Origin: Scyliorhinus canicula
Lineage: Eukaryota
Direction: 5' to 3'
Length of the DNA stretch: 64,000 nucleotides
Assembly (NCBI RefSeq): GCF_902713615.1
Contig: NC_052150.1
Coordinates: forward strand, 11,866,000-11,929,999
How positions within the stretch are numbered: position 1 is the stretch's first letter; every line of letters starts with the position of its first letter. Below, piece after piece: positions 23,534-35,850 of this stretch. The notes beneath the pieces are model-generated. The model saw only the letters and a list, made by a program, of their open reading frames with translations. It was not told the DNA's origin and searched no databases. Both the position numbers and the translations under genes were made by a program.

Positions 23534-25183
23534 ATGAGACTGCCTTTTGTCCTCACGATCCTCGCTAGCACACTACTGTGTGCAACCGCTCGAGACCGGC
23601 GATGCAGACCCAGCTCAAGGATTCTGTGCCTTTATCGTAAGGACATGACTGCCAACAAAACCACAGATGAGACCTTGCAGACGACGACCACAGTAGAAAA
23701 CAGCACCACCATCATTCATCAAGATGAGCAGAAGCCTCGATTCCTGGCTACCCGCGGATCCCTGACCTGCGTTCGCTACGCTTGCCGGTGGGACTACCGA
23801 TGTACAAGGAAAAGCAGGCCACGAGTTCCTGCAGATAAGACTATCCATACTAACCCACCTACCAGGAGGAAGCGGGCAACACACCATGTGACTGCAAATT
23901 CATTCCTGTTTATGTCTTATACTTATGCAAAGAAATTGAATGTCTCCTCTTGTTGGGTATGTACGCATGTTCCCAGCCATGCCCATGGGGGTATTCCTTT
24001 GGTCCCTCTTTCCTATTTGATCGAGGAGGTTGCAGAATGGGCTTTGCGACGTAATCATACCGATTCTGATAATGATACACAAGATATGATAGATTGGCAG
24101 TCGGCTGGGTTCAATATGAACAGGTTTCAAGGATGGTGGTGGCCGAAGTTTAATGCAACCCGTCAGCCGCCCTACCTGATCCTCCCCAAGTATGCTAAAT
24201 TTCCAAAAGGCAGTATATGTTTTAAAAAGGATCATGCCAATGGGACCTACCCAGTAGGTACTAGCCAATGTAACCAGACCTTGATTTGGCAACCACCCAT
24301 AACTAATCTTACACAAAAGGGCTTGTTCACCTTTAATTGGTCAGCAATAAAGAACCAGACTAGTGGCGGCCCCTGGAGGGGGGAACCGACTAGAATCATG
24401 ATGACGGATGCCAAGGGGAACTTGACCTCGTACAATGATACCTATTTTGTATGCGGACATAAAGCATATCCCTGGTTGCCGGAAAATTGGTCGGGTTCTT
24501 GCTATATGGGCTTTGTAGTCCCTGGTATCGCCCATTATACAGACCTATCCAACCATCCCCATGCCCGATCCACTAGGTCCATTGTGCCTTGGGAGGTAAT
24601 AGCTACGGTCCTTTGGCCGCAGTTCGGCAGTATTAGATCTCTCCAAAAAGTCACCCAGCTCCGGGATATATTGGAGCAGGTGGCCAATGATACCGCGGAA
24701 GGACTCAGTGAGCTCAGCGCAGAGTTAGTAGCTGTTCGGACGGTTGCCTTACAGAACCGTATGGCTCTAGACTACCTCCTCGCCAGCAAGGGAGGTACAT
24801 GTGCTGTGGTGGGTTCTGAGTGCTGTACTTATATCCCTGATAGCTCGGAGAACATTACGCACCTAGTGGGCCACATTAGAGATGGGGTAAAGAGACTCCG
24901 CCAGTCCTCCTCAGACGACTGGGGATGGCTGTGGTCTAGCTCCTGGACCACCTATCTGTTTCATGGATTTATTATCTTTATCGCTTTTTGCATTTTGCTG
25001 TGTATTATTATAACCTGTGTTAAATGCTTTTGTAATCGTTTAGGCGCTTCTGTGATGCCACAGATGCTGCAGCGGCTTTCCCAATTAGACCCGCAGGACT
25101 TAGTACGTGCCGACAATGTGTATGAGGATGTAGAGCCAAATTTCCCGGAGGCATTCCTCAGACTCTCAAGGATAAGTTTCTGA
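23534..25183 (+). CDS. env: Retroviral envelope glycoprotein, gamma-type, intact (549 aa)
   Basis: Signal peptide, RRKR (111-114), CWVC, RSTR (345-348), fusion peptide, immunosuppressive domain LQNRMALDYLLASKGGTC, CX6CC, TM helix, YEDV tail motif; upstream ACTAAC branch point and AG acceptors at 23504 and 23532. Confidence 0.96.
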   Translation: MRLPFVLTILASTLLCATARDRRCRPSSRILCLYRKDMTANKTTDETLQTTTTVENSTTIIHQDEQKPRFLATRGSLTCVRYACRWDYRCTRKSRPRVPADKTIHTNPPTRRKRATHHVTANSFLFMSYTYAKKLNVSSCWVCTHVPSHAHGGIPLVPLSYLIEEVAEWALRRNHTDSDNDTQDMIDWQSAGFNMNRFQGWWWPKFNATRQPPYLILPKYAKFPKGSICFKKDHANGTYPVGTSQCNQTLIWQPPITNLTQKGLFTFNWSAIKNQTSGGPWRGEPTRIMMTDAKGNLTSYNDTYFVCGHKAYPWLPENWSGSCYMGFVVPGIAHYTDLSNHPHARSTRSIVPWEVIATVLWPQFGSIRSLQKVTQLRDILEQVANDTAEGLSELSAELVAVRTVALQNRMALDYLLASKGGTCAVVGSECCTYIPDSSENITHLVGHIRDGVKRLRQSSSDDWGWLWSSSWTTYLFHGFIIFIAFCILLCIIITCVKCFCNRLGASVMPQMLQRLSQLDPQDLVRADNVYEDVEPNFPEAFLRLSRISF

Positions 25184-25207
25184 GGGCTGTGTGATCATGG
25201 AATGATC

Positions 25208-25218
25208 AAAGGGGGGAG
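25208..25218 (+). promoter_or_regulatory. Polypurine tract
   Basis: AAAGGGGGGAG directly before the 3' LTR. Confidence 0.9.
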
Positions 25219-25781
25219 TGAGGATGTGAAGCAAGGGTTAATAGCCAGAAAGAGCCAGGTGGAACATCACGAATTAAAAGAATATGTTATTGAAGCCATT
25301 GAAGGATGTTCAAGGTAAGGGAGTGTGACTATAAGCCAAACAGCCTTGAGAAACAAGGCGAATGGCCGGATGATGAGATATGAAATATGGGGGCCGCTTG
25401 CAATTATAGCTAACATTTACTAATTAAGCTAAAACTGCTACATTATCATGTGCCAATAGATAATCTCAATATCTATCTCAATGTCTGTAAAATTATGTAT
25501 TAAAAATATGACAATAACAAATTAATCATGTACTAAACATTTGGTAAAAACAAGCTGTAATCTGTACTGGAGGCAAGCTCAAGTGAATGCAAGAGACAAC
25601 CCCTTAAAAAAACATATAAAAGAAGGGTGCTTTGAGCAAGACTTTGGCACTCTCAGAGAGGTGTTTCTTTGGAATACCTAGAGAGCAGCCCCGATCGCAA
25701 TAAAGAATATTCTGAAGTACGGACGTGTTCGAGATCGTTTCTTCAGGACTGAGAGACATGTGAATTAGACACGCATTCACA
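25219..25781 (+). repeat. ERV 3' LTR (563 bp)
   Basis: Direct repeat of 18132-18694; preceded by the PPT and followed by GTTA. Confidence 0.97.
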
Positions 25782-26215
25782 GTTATATTCCCCATGCACC
25801 TGCTGCATCTGTCCTTCTAGATGGTGGAGGTCGAGGGTTTGGTAACTGCTGTCAGAGGAACTTTGGCACGTTGTTGTAGTGCATCTTTAAATGGCACGCA
25901 CCATGTCAATGTGTGTCAGTGGTGCAGGGGGTGAATGTTTAATGTGGTGAATGGGGGTGCCAAACAAGCGGGCTGCTTTGTCTTGGATGGTGTCGTGCTT
26001 CTTGACTATTGTTACGGAGCTGCACTCTCCAGGCAAGTGGAGAGCGTTCCATCACACTCCTGACTTGTGCCGCGCAGATAGTGGACAGGATTTGAGGAGT
26101 CAGGAGGTGAAATGCTTGCTATAGAATTCTCAGCTTCTGACCTGCTCTCGTAGGCACAATATTTGAATAGGTGGTCCAGTTACGATGTCAGTGGTAACCC
26201 CAGTACGTTGATGAA
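25782..26215 (-). mobile_element. LINE fragment, right half of the ERV target
   Basis: Continues 17835-18131 across the GTTA TSD; similar to about 62330-62720. Confidence 0.7.
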
Positions 26216-27111
26216 GGACTGCCCCAGTATAATCCACATATTTTAAAGATTCCAAAATTTGCTAGCTGTGTCTTATCCTTTCATGTCATTACTTCACATA
26301 ATTAATTCTAGTGGCTGGGTGTGACAGCTTGATGGTTATAACATTGGTATATACTGGCTGGGTTGTGTATATATACATGCAGTATCAAATCTCTGGCTGG
26401 GTGCCCCTGGTTCTTTGAAACAAAGTAATATTTTTTCTGCGGAAAACATTAGCTTGGATTACAGGGAATATCTTTGAATAGAATCAGTTACCATGGGAAC
26501 ACAGGGTTACCCAGGGAGTCAGGGCTGTGAGCGAATCACTCTCATTCTCCTTCAGCTTTCTTGCTGAATCTGCTGTGTTTTACTAAGTCGGGCAACGTGC
26601 TGCATTCGCGTTTCTGGCTGTTTTGAGGCAGGACTATTCTAAGAATCCTTACAGTGCAGAAGGAAGCCATTCGGCACATCGAGTCTGCACTGATCGCCTG
26701 AAAGAGCACCCTACTTAGGGCCCACTCCCCTGCCCCAACCCCGTAACCCAACATACTGATCATGGCCAATCCACCTCACCTGCATATCTTTGGTAGCTTG
26801 ATCAAGAGGTCAGATTAACTTGAGAGGGTTGTGGAACTGGAGGAGGTGAGCGAGGGCCAGGGTCATGGATGAATTTGAAAGCAAGCTTGATTCAAGTGTG
26901 TGCACATTTAGGAGTTGTGCTATCACTTGGCCGCTGTAGTGTCCACTTCCGGAGATTGCAGCAATCTTATTACATGAAGCAGGACACAGGCTAGTTCTGG
27001 AAGAGTCTAATCCCGATGCCATTGCACTCAGTGTTAGAGGCGCCATTTAGTTAAAGGGGATCAGGGGATATGGGGAGAAGCAGGAGAATGGGGATAAGAA
27101 AAATATCAGCC

Positions 27112-27425
27112 ACAGATATCATTTACAGTGCAGGAGGCCGCCATTCTGGCCATCAAGTCTGCACTGACTCTTGGAAAGAACACTCTACTTAAACCCACTC
27201 CTCCACCCTATCCCTGGAACCCAGTAACCCCACCTAACCTTTTTGGACAATAAGGACAATTTAGCATGGCCAATCCACCTAACTTGCGCATCTTTGGACT
27301 GTGGGAGGAAGCTCACGCACACACGGGAGAATGTGAAAACTCCACACAGTCACCAAGCTGAGAATTGAAGCTGTGACCCTGGAGCTGTGAAGCAATGGTG
27401 CTAACCACTGTGGTATGTGCCGCCC
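27112..27425 (-). mobile_element. V-SINE with CR1-like tail
   Basis: V-domain on the minus strand; tail resembling GGGCCGAATGGCCTCCTTCTGCACTGT. Confidence 0.75.
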
Positions 27426-27667
27426 ATGATTGAATGGCGGAGCAGACCCGATGGTCCGAGTAGCCTAATTTTGCTCCTAGGTCTTAAAACAGACCATATC
27501 TAATCTTTAAAAGAGACAAGGCTAATATCAAAAATGTTCGATTCAATTATGCAGTGTTCATTTTTTCTGCAGTCTTTAAGTGTCTTTGCTGGACATCACC
27601 AAACCATTCCTATTTGATTTTCCTGTATTGTATGAGCATATATTTTTTCTTTATGAAAAAAACCTAC

Positions 27668-27833
27668 CAGTACATCGACATAGAGGATCCAGCAGTGTTC
27701 CCTGGGAGTAATACACAGTGTCTTCAACTGCAAACTACTGCTATTATCAAACACTCGATACAGGGTGTTGGCGATTTCGGTGCCGAGGTCTTCACCTCCA
27801 CGACCTTCAAACTCGGGGGTTGCATTGGCAGAA
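27668..27833 (-). CDS. EXOSC7: EXOSC7 coding exon 4
   Basis: (C)SANATPEFEGRGGEDLGTEIANTLYRVFDNSSSLQLKTLCITPREHCWILYVDVL; 166 nt; TTAG| and |GTAGG; phase 2/0 fits exon 3. Confidence 0.96.
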
Positions 27834-29111
27834 CTAACAAGCAAAAACACATTTACAATAACCTATCAACGTTATGTGCACAGGATACAAAAATATTGCA
27901 ATATGTTTTGAAAGTCAAGTTCTTAATTTAAGAAATGAAGTGAGAGAATGTCAGCTGATCCCACTTCTCATTTTAGTTTCACTTGGCAGTGAAACAAACA
28001 CAGATTGGGAGGTGCTCCACGAATACCCTCCAGTGGTTTTTTCACGGAATTACAATTTGCATGTGTGTGGGCTCAATGCACTGCGTACTGCAAGCACCAT
28101 TTAATTCTTCCAAATTCCTTTAAGCCATTATCCAACAACTTGCACTTATACAGTGCCTTTGACATAATAAAAAGATACTTCATGGGAACACGTGAGGCTG
28201 ATTCACATAAGAACATGCTAGGGCCGAAGACCAAAAGCTTGGTTAAAGAGGTGGAGCAGCATCTTAAAAGGAGAGAGAGAGAGGTGGAGAGGTTTTGAGA
28301 GGAAATTCCAGAGCTAAGGACCTTGGCAACTGAAGGCCCAGCTGCTAATGGTGATGCAATGAGAATCCAGGATGCCCAGGAGGCCAGATTTGGGGCAGTG
28401 AGGTTAACTCGGAGAATTGTGGAGCTGGAGGGGATGAGGTAGGCCCCCTCATCATGGCCCTTTGCCACCCCCTAGTGAGCAGAGAGATGATCGAGGAACG
28501 GAATTTGGTACGAGTTAGGACATTGGCAGCAGGGTTGCCCTTAGGTTTCCAGTTGACAGAAGATGGGAGGCCAGTCAAGAGCATTTTTGGATAGAAATGA
28601 TTGCACGTGGACGAGGGTTTTTTTCTCCCTCGCCTGATTCTCACATCTTTTCAGACAGCTTTTTACTGAATCACAGAATGGTTACAATGCGGTGGAGGCC
28701 ATTCAGCCCATCTGCACCAATCCTCCAAGAGTAATTCACTTAGTGCCATTCTCTCGCCTTCTCCGTGTAACCCTGTACAGTCTTCCTTTTCAAACATCAA
28801 CTAATTCCCCTTTTGAATGCTTTGATCAAACCCATCTCCACCACACACACAGAGAGTGCTTTCCAGACTTTAACCACTCACTACGTGAAAAGATTTCCCC
28901 TCAAGTCGCTTTTGCTTCTCTTACCAATTACTTTAAATTGATGTCCGCTCTTTCTAAATCCTTTCATGAACGGGAATAGTTTCCCTCCACCTGCTCTGCC
29001 CCGACCCCGGATGACTTTGAATACAAATTAAGTGGATTATTATTATGGTCTTGAGCACGAGCACCAACCCTGCTTTATCCCTTTCAATTTGTTATTCGAT
29101 GTCTATCTTAC

Positions 29112-29206
29112 CAGTCCACAAAGAATTCCAAAAATCCTTCACTGGGTCTCTCCAGTTTGGGTGTTCCCATTTCAGCTTTAACTCCCACGAGAATATCAGT
29201 GTGACC
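29112..29206 (-). CDS. EXOSC7: EXOSC7 coding exon 3
   Basis: GHTDILVGVKAEMGTPKLERPSEGFLEFFVD(C); 95 nt; ACAG| acceptor, |GTAAG donor; phase 0/2. Confidence 0.96.
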
Positions 29207-29247
29207 CTGTGAAAATACACACACATACACACAAACAGGTTAGTTAC

Positions 29248-29533
29248 AATAATAATAATCTTTATTGTCACAAGTAGGCTTACATTAACACTGCGATGAA
29301 GTTACTGTGAAAATCCCCTAGGGTACACATAGGGAGAATTCAGAATGTTCAATTCACCTAACAAGCACTTCTTTCAGGACTTGTGGGAGAAAACCGGAGC
29401 ACCCGGAGGAAATCAACGCAGACACGGGGAGAGCATGCAGACTCCACACAGACAGTGACCCAAGCCAGGAATCGAACTTGGGACCCTGGAGCTGTGAAGA
29501 AACAGTGCTACCCACTGTGCTACCGTGCCGCCC
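29248..29533 (-). mobile_element. V-SINE with (ATT)n-type tail
   Basis: V-domain plus TTTTCACAGTAACTTCAT...GTGACAATAAAGATTATTATT tail. Confidence 0.8.
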
Positions 29534-30697
29534 ACAGTACTACCCCAATAAATCAACTCTCATGGTATATTAATGTTCACCATTAGCCCTTTTTAATAAT
29601 TAGCCAGTGTGTTTAACACGCTTATTGCTTAATCTGATCCAAACCAGTCAATTTTGTTGTTCAATTTGAGTGCTGGCATCATCAACATCATCAGTAGACT
29701 GAAGGAGCATCAGACCTAATACCCTAAGTGAAGTAGAAGTATCTCCTGTAATGCTCCTTTGGCATCTCTTGCAATGACTCCTCTGATGGTCACGCTCAGT
29801 TAAGGACCTCACTGTTTAGCTACCATCAGACATAGATGAGTCTAGACCTGTTCAAAGTTAACAATGGCAATTCCGAAAGCCGACTAGTCAGCTTCTTCTA
29901 AAAATAAACTCCACCCTGGCCCTGGAATTCATCAGCCTTCTCCGACTACTTGTACAAGCTGACCAGGACATGTGTAAACACGGTGTCCTCTTTTACCCCC
30001 AATTAACTTCAAGCTGTCAAAACAAGTGGGTTATTTCCACCACCATAATATCGCGTGCCTCCAGCTCATCTCAATCCATGAATGAACTCTTGTGCCTCGG
30101 ATTCAGAACGCCACAGGTTTGTTTCAAGAATCCCTGACAGCAAGACACTTGGGCACTTTACACTCACTTTAATCTGAAAGCACGCATTCATTTTCGAATA
30201 CGCCAAAACACACTCGATGGGGGTGGGACCTACTTCATGCTTTCTGCCTCACCCCATAGCCAGCTCCTGCCTTATCGCACTCTTTATTTGACTTAAATTC
30301 ATACAGGGACCATGCAAAAGGCATTAAATTGGTTTCATTTAACAATCTGCCGGCCTTTCCAGGTTTCCCCAGCTAACCATTTACCAATAACGTTCACGTT
30401 TACACGTGGATCGTTCCTATTGCCGTGTATGAAAATGTTTTTTTTGTCCAATGAATCAAGCTTTGAAATGCAGACAAGTAACAAACGCAAACCTTAAGTG
30501 AATTCTTGGGGCGAGTTCAGCATGGTGTGTCTGACACTGGCACGATGGGCTGAAAGGCCTCATTCTGTTTCTCACTCTGGCCCAGAAAACTGCACTCAAA
30601 AGTGATAAATTGCGTCCAAGCTTAGAGCAATGCTGATCGTGTAGACGCAGAATGTGGGCTGAATGCTGGTCACAGACTAAATGTACATTTGGCACAA

Positions 30698-30888
30698 ATG
30701 AAATGAAATGAAAATGAAAATCGCTTATTGTCACAGGTAGGCTTCAATGAAGTTACTGTGAAAAGCCCCTAGTCGCCACATTCCGGCGCCTGTCCGGGGA
30801 GGCTGGTACGGGAATCGAACCATGCTGCTGGTCTGCTTGGTCTGCTTTAAAAGCCTGCGATTTAGCTGAGTGAGCTAAACCAGCCCCT
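30698..30888 (-). mobile_element. Short tRNA-derived SINE ending in (TTTCA)n
   Basis: GGGGCTGGTTTAGCTCA head joined to the GTGGCGACTAGGGGCTTTTCACAG tail; related pieces at 33515-33643, 37833-38020 and 61067-61236. Confidence 0.75.
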
Positions 30889-32096
30889 CAGGGAACTTCT
30901 TGGAATTTAATTTTTTTTAAGAACTGATTTTCACAAGCATCTGTATGATACCGAATAAACACACCGGTAACTATTTACATAATATTGACAGGTCTTTAAT
31001 TTCCAAACTTGCTCACTAGCAGAGCTCCAGTTTTATCAATATGGTGAAGCAAAAACTCAAATAATTCTCATGTAAGGCTGTTTGCTTCACCGTAACACAA
31101 ACTAAATCTGCACTGTGTATAAACAGTAGCAGACACTGTATACACTTTAATTCAAATATTCAAAGCAGATTTTTATAACTGCATATTTCTGAAAATAGAT
31201 TAATGCCTTGGTACGAGTCCAATCTCTTTTTTTTTTAAAATTGCACAGACCTTGGGAGCTGGTGGTGCTTTTTCCTGCGGCAGCCCACGTGTCTCGGTCT
31301 TTACTTCATTCTTGCTCATGAGAAGTAACAATTACGTTTACATTGCTGATTTTACAATATTCATTTTTGTGAAACAAACCTGTATTTAATACACAGCAAG
31401 ACCAAGGATGTGCAAGGCAGAATTCTTGCAAATTAAGTGAAGTGCCCTGGAATGCAATCGGAAGCGGAACGTTTATTCAAAGCAGAACAGGGCTAGTTCT
31501 CTCTTCGCTATCGTGACTGAATGATGGAACGGTTTGAATCGGCTGCTTTCAATGCGGTTGGTCAAGGAACAATTGGCTACTTTGATCATAATTTTCACTA
31601 GCGCCCAACGAAAGACAACAGTTGTTATGGAGCGTGAATATGCGGTTTGCTCATGGAGGACCAACAGCAGCTCCAAGTAACAGATTGGTCTGTGTCACGA
31701 CAGAATTTGTACCCAGGCACTCTTCCAGCTGCTTTGACATGGTTCCTGAGAAGATGGTCCGGCGTGCTGATTTCAGTGTTGGAGGGAATTTGCACCATTG
31801 GCTGTTATATAGGGTATCACTTAAAAGGCTAGATGTGCCACAATACCACTATTTTGGTATGACGGGAAAGGTTTATAATGGGATGATCCATTTAATGGAC
31901 CGTTGAGAAGTGGAGAAAGCAAGGTGCCCGCTGCCATGGGTCATACTTGGCAGGTTGATGTGATGTGCCCTATGGTCTGGGGCTTGTGGTGTACTTTCGG
32001 TGAAAGATTTGCTCCCTTGGAGGTGCGAAAATGGGGACGTCTTCACCTTGAAAATTCGGCCATCGCCTCTTCCTCTTTGGCTTAATTCCTACACAC

Positions 32097-32390
32097 AGTA
32101 GCACAGTGGTTAGCACTGTTGCTTCACAGCGGCAGAGTCCCAGGTTCGATTCCCGGCTTGGGTCACTGTCTGCGCGGAGTCTGCACGTTCTCCCCGTGTC
32201 TGCATGGGTTTCCTCCGGGTCCCCCAGTTCCGTCCCACAAGTCCCGAAAGACATGTCGTTAGGTGATTTGGACATTCTGAATTCCCCCTGCGTACCCGAA
32301 CAGGCGCCGGAGTGTGGCGACCAGGGACTTTTCACAGTAACCTCATTGCAGTGTTAATGTGAACCAACTCGTGACACTAATAAAGATTAA
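32097..32390 (+). mobile_element. V-SINE with (ATT)n-type tail
   Basis: tRNA head, V-domain, CTTTTCACAGTAAC tail. Confidence 0.8.
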
Positions 32391-35074
32391 TTGTCTGAAT
32401 AAAAGATTTGATGAATAGTCCAAGTGTATATTCAGCAAAGTCCAACTTGCATGAGATGCCAATTATGATATTTTCATTGGCTCGACATCTTGGAAAAGGG
32501 ACTTAACTCACACAGGAACAGGAGTTGGCCATTCAGCCTCATGAACCTATCCCACCAGTCAATGAAATCATGGCTAATCTGTGACCTAACTCCACATACC
32601 CATCATTGCCCAGTTTCTCTTCACTGCAATGACGTTCGCTGGTTGGGCAAAGAGGGTTGCTGTTACACTTTGACAGCTGATCCTCTACCTCTGCAAACTT
32701 GCGCATTGAAACAGACCACAGATGGTGATTCCAAACAGTGGGCAAACTGGTGAAATCCACACTTACAGCTCATCGCTAATTCACAGCTTTGTTGGAAATG
32801 CTTCTCCGGCTCGGATTTCACCTGCCACAGCCTCTGAGCAAGCCAACAGTCAGATTCTCGTTTTTCACTAGCAAGAGGTTTTTTTTTCTTTAACCATGTG
32901 CTGTAATCATCAAGCCAGGCAATAGCTTCCGCCGTGGCTAAATGGGGTCCTCTGCTGAATTTTGACAGGGGGCAATGATGTGAGTTGTTTGATTGGGGCA
33001 GCACAGCTGCAGACTGGGTCTCCGGCAAGGCTCCACTTGTGCCAATTTGCTGCACAATGTCCTTGGCCAGTGTGGAAATGGTGGTGGAGCCCCCGCCCAG
33101 TGTTGGCGTGGCAGGTTGAAGCCAGGTGGGCGCGGACTGTGGGATTTGTTATGACTATTAAGAGTCAAGTGACTATATAACTTGAGTGAGCCCATCCATT
33201 AGGACTCAGGCATAACTTTCAGAATACTAGCTCAGGGTGAGCATAGATAATGCTGTTAATTCCAAAAGTCAAGGTGCCAATCCTGCCTGGATCACCTTCT
33301 GCAGTTGGCACAGAATTCATTGAAGTTGTCTTTAGAGTTTGTGTGCATACACAATTGCATCACTGAATGTGTCGGCAAGCAGCCTTTAAATACACTACCC
33401 CAAAGTGAATATAAAATCTATTGGGAAGCAGACAGTTTTAATTCGCAATATCATCTATTTGCAACAAGAAAAACTTTAAAACTGTTCCGTGTAAAAGGGA
33501 CTTGATACGCATTCACTTCGCTCCCGTACCAGCCTCCCCGGACAGGCGCCGGAATGTGGGGACTAGGGGCTTTTCACAGTAACTTCATTGAAGCCTACTC
33601 GTGACAATAAGCGATTTAATTTTCATTTTTTCATTTTCATTTCATAAAGGAAGATGAAAGCTAAGGAATCATACAATGCCTCATAGGGTTAGTATGGCCC
33701 TTTATTTTCTACCCCCTGCTTCTCGGTCTGTGCCCTCTTTCAGTCCTGCCCGCAGACTGTGGGATTCTAGGTGATGGCAACTGTCTCAAATATTTCCACC
33801 CATACGGGATAATTATGGCTAAATGGTAAATGCGAACCATATTTGCATACACATCAGCTTTTTCTTCCTCTTTCCCTCCACACAGGTACGTTCCTGCTTT
33901 GCACCAGTGGATCACTCACGATGAATAAGCCAGTCGACAGAATGGGTGCCTCAGTGCAGTAAAGACCCATTGGCCCAGAAATGTACAGGGGGAAAGAGCC
34001 GTGCAACCAGGACGTAGTCACTGACAGAGGAAGAGGGAAAACATCACATGGTGGAATCCCGATGAATATTTTTACCCCATCAAAAAGCAAATGTATCACT
34101 CATTTTTACCCCCTCATAATGTAAAAGGTTTTGATGTATAAATATAAATCATTTTCTGTGACAAATTTCTATTAAAATTATTATATTTACAAGTTTATTT
34201 TAGTACTTTTGTACCAGTGAACCTAAAGCTAATTAATAATCATTCAGCGAGCAGACTTATGTACTATATTCTGACGGCACATTTTTGTTTGAAAATTCAT
34301 GCTTTGGATCTGGGTCTCACTGGGTCGACCATGATTTGCTGCCCATCTCTCTGCCCTTGAGAAGGTGGTGGTGAACTACCTTGTTGAACCGATGCAGCCT
34401 ACATGGTGTTAGTGCACTCACACAGTGCTGTTCCAGAATTTTGAATCAGCGACAGTGAAGAAACAGCAATACATTTCCAAGTCAAGATATTGAGTGGTTT
34501 GGAGAGGAACTTCCAGGTGGTGGTGTTCCCATGTGTCTGCTGCCCTGGTACATGGACGTCCACACGACTGGTCCACTATACACAGTAGAAAGGGTACATA
34601 TTTGAAAGAAACAAGATTTCTTACTGCCTCTACTAATTGTTAGCAGTTACGTTGTTCAGTGCACCGCTCTCACTTTAATAAGGTGCAAACAGCGGATCAA
34701 AAAGCTTTGCAGAGTCCTTTAAATTGGTAAATAAATAGTAAGTAACTCGCTGTAATGCTCAAAACAGCCAGTGCACTTAATATGTTACAGGCAGGAGGAC
34801 CTTTGCAATTGACTCCTGTGACAATGGCAAATGGTCAGCATCATTTCCCCAATATAAGTGATCGCCTGTACTGATCATGAACAATGTAAGTGGTTGGGAC
34901 TGTATTTAAATAACTAAATCACCCTATAAACATTCTAGAGTAAATTCTGTTTAAAAGGCAGAGTTACAGTGGACTGTAACTTGACATTTTTGCAAAGTTC
35001 AAATAAAGTATTGAGATAAACCTTCCAAAAGATTACTTCAATTCAGAATGAAGGCAGCACCAAGCAGTCCTTAC

Positions 35075-35176
35075 AATTTTCACTCTGGCAGATCCACTGG
35101 TGTTCGACACCACATCTGTTTCTATTTCAATATGTCTGTAATCTTCACACCCACGGCCATCAATTCGCAGATCATC
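35075..35176 (-). CDS. EXOSC7: EXOSC7 coding exon 2
   Basis: DDLRIDGRGCEDYRHIEIETDVVSNTSGSARVKI (RNase PH family RxDGR and GSA motifs); 102 nt; TTAG| acceptor, |GTAAG donor; phase 0/0. Confidence 0.96.
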
Positions 35177-35514
35177 CTAAAGAATGGAAATTGGAAAAAG
35201 TCACTCAACATTGATTACCAAGTGAAAAAAAACAAATGCATATTATAGAAACAGAACTATATTTCTGTAGACACATGCCAAAATTCGAATTGACAGACAG
35301 GCATATATATCCCAAGCTGCTTGGCTTTATACTTTACAAACTCACCAATAAATTGATACTTTAAAATTACTTGTCAAAAATGCTGGAGTTCAAACAGCCA
35401 ATGAATAGATTACTAGACAGTACTCACACCTGGACAAAAATGCTCGAAACTGCAGCTTAACACATTATTGGCGAAGAGGAAGGTTAAAACGCATCAGCCG
35501 CAACAACACAACGG

Positions 35515-35850
35515 CTTAATGGTGCAGTGGGTAGCAGTTCTGCGTTCGGGTCCCACCACAGCATAGTAGCACAGTGGCTTCACAGCGCCAGGGTCCCAGG
35601 TTTGATTCCTGGCTTGGGCCACTGTCTGTGTGGAGTCTGCATGTTCTCCCCGTGGCTGTGTAGGTTTCCTCCGGGTGCTCTGGTTTCCTCCCACAAGTCC
35701 CGAAAGATGTGCTGTTAGGTAATTTGGACATTCTGAATTCTCCCTATGTGGACCCGAAAAGGCGCCAGAGTGTGGCGACTAGGGGCTTTTCACAGTAACT
35801 TCATTGCAGTATTAATATAAGCCTACCTGTGACAATAAAGATTATTATTA
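35515..35850 (+). mobile_element. V-SINE with (ATT)n-type tail
   Basis: Same structure as 32097-32390. Confidence 0.8.

Larger units (their letters stand above)
18132..25781 (+). mobile_element. Class I (gamma/epsilon-like) endogenous retrovirus, 7650 bp, gag/pro/RT-defective with open IN and env
   Basis: Paired TG...CA LTRs, GTTA TSD (18128-18131 and 25782-25785), PBS, PPT, RNase H remnant, integrase and gamma-type env; antisense to EXOSC7. Confidence 0.97.

Noticed and set aside
23534-25183. env as an already domesticated syncytin-like host gene
   Set aside because: It sits in a young provirus with near-identical LTRs; there is no evidence of old orthologous conservation in this window
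31622-32085. Short ORFs that might be a nested gene
   Set aside because: No known motif or consistent splice structure; faint resemblance to decayed retroelement sequence on the minus strand
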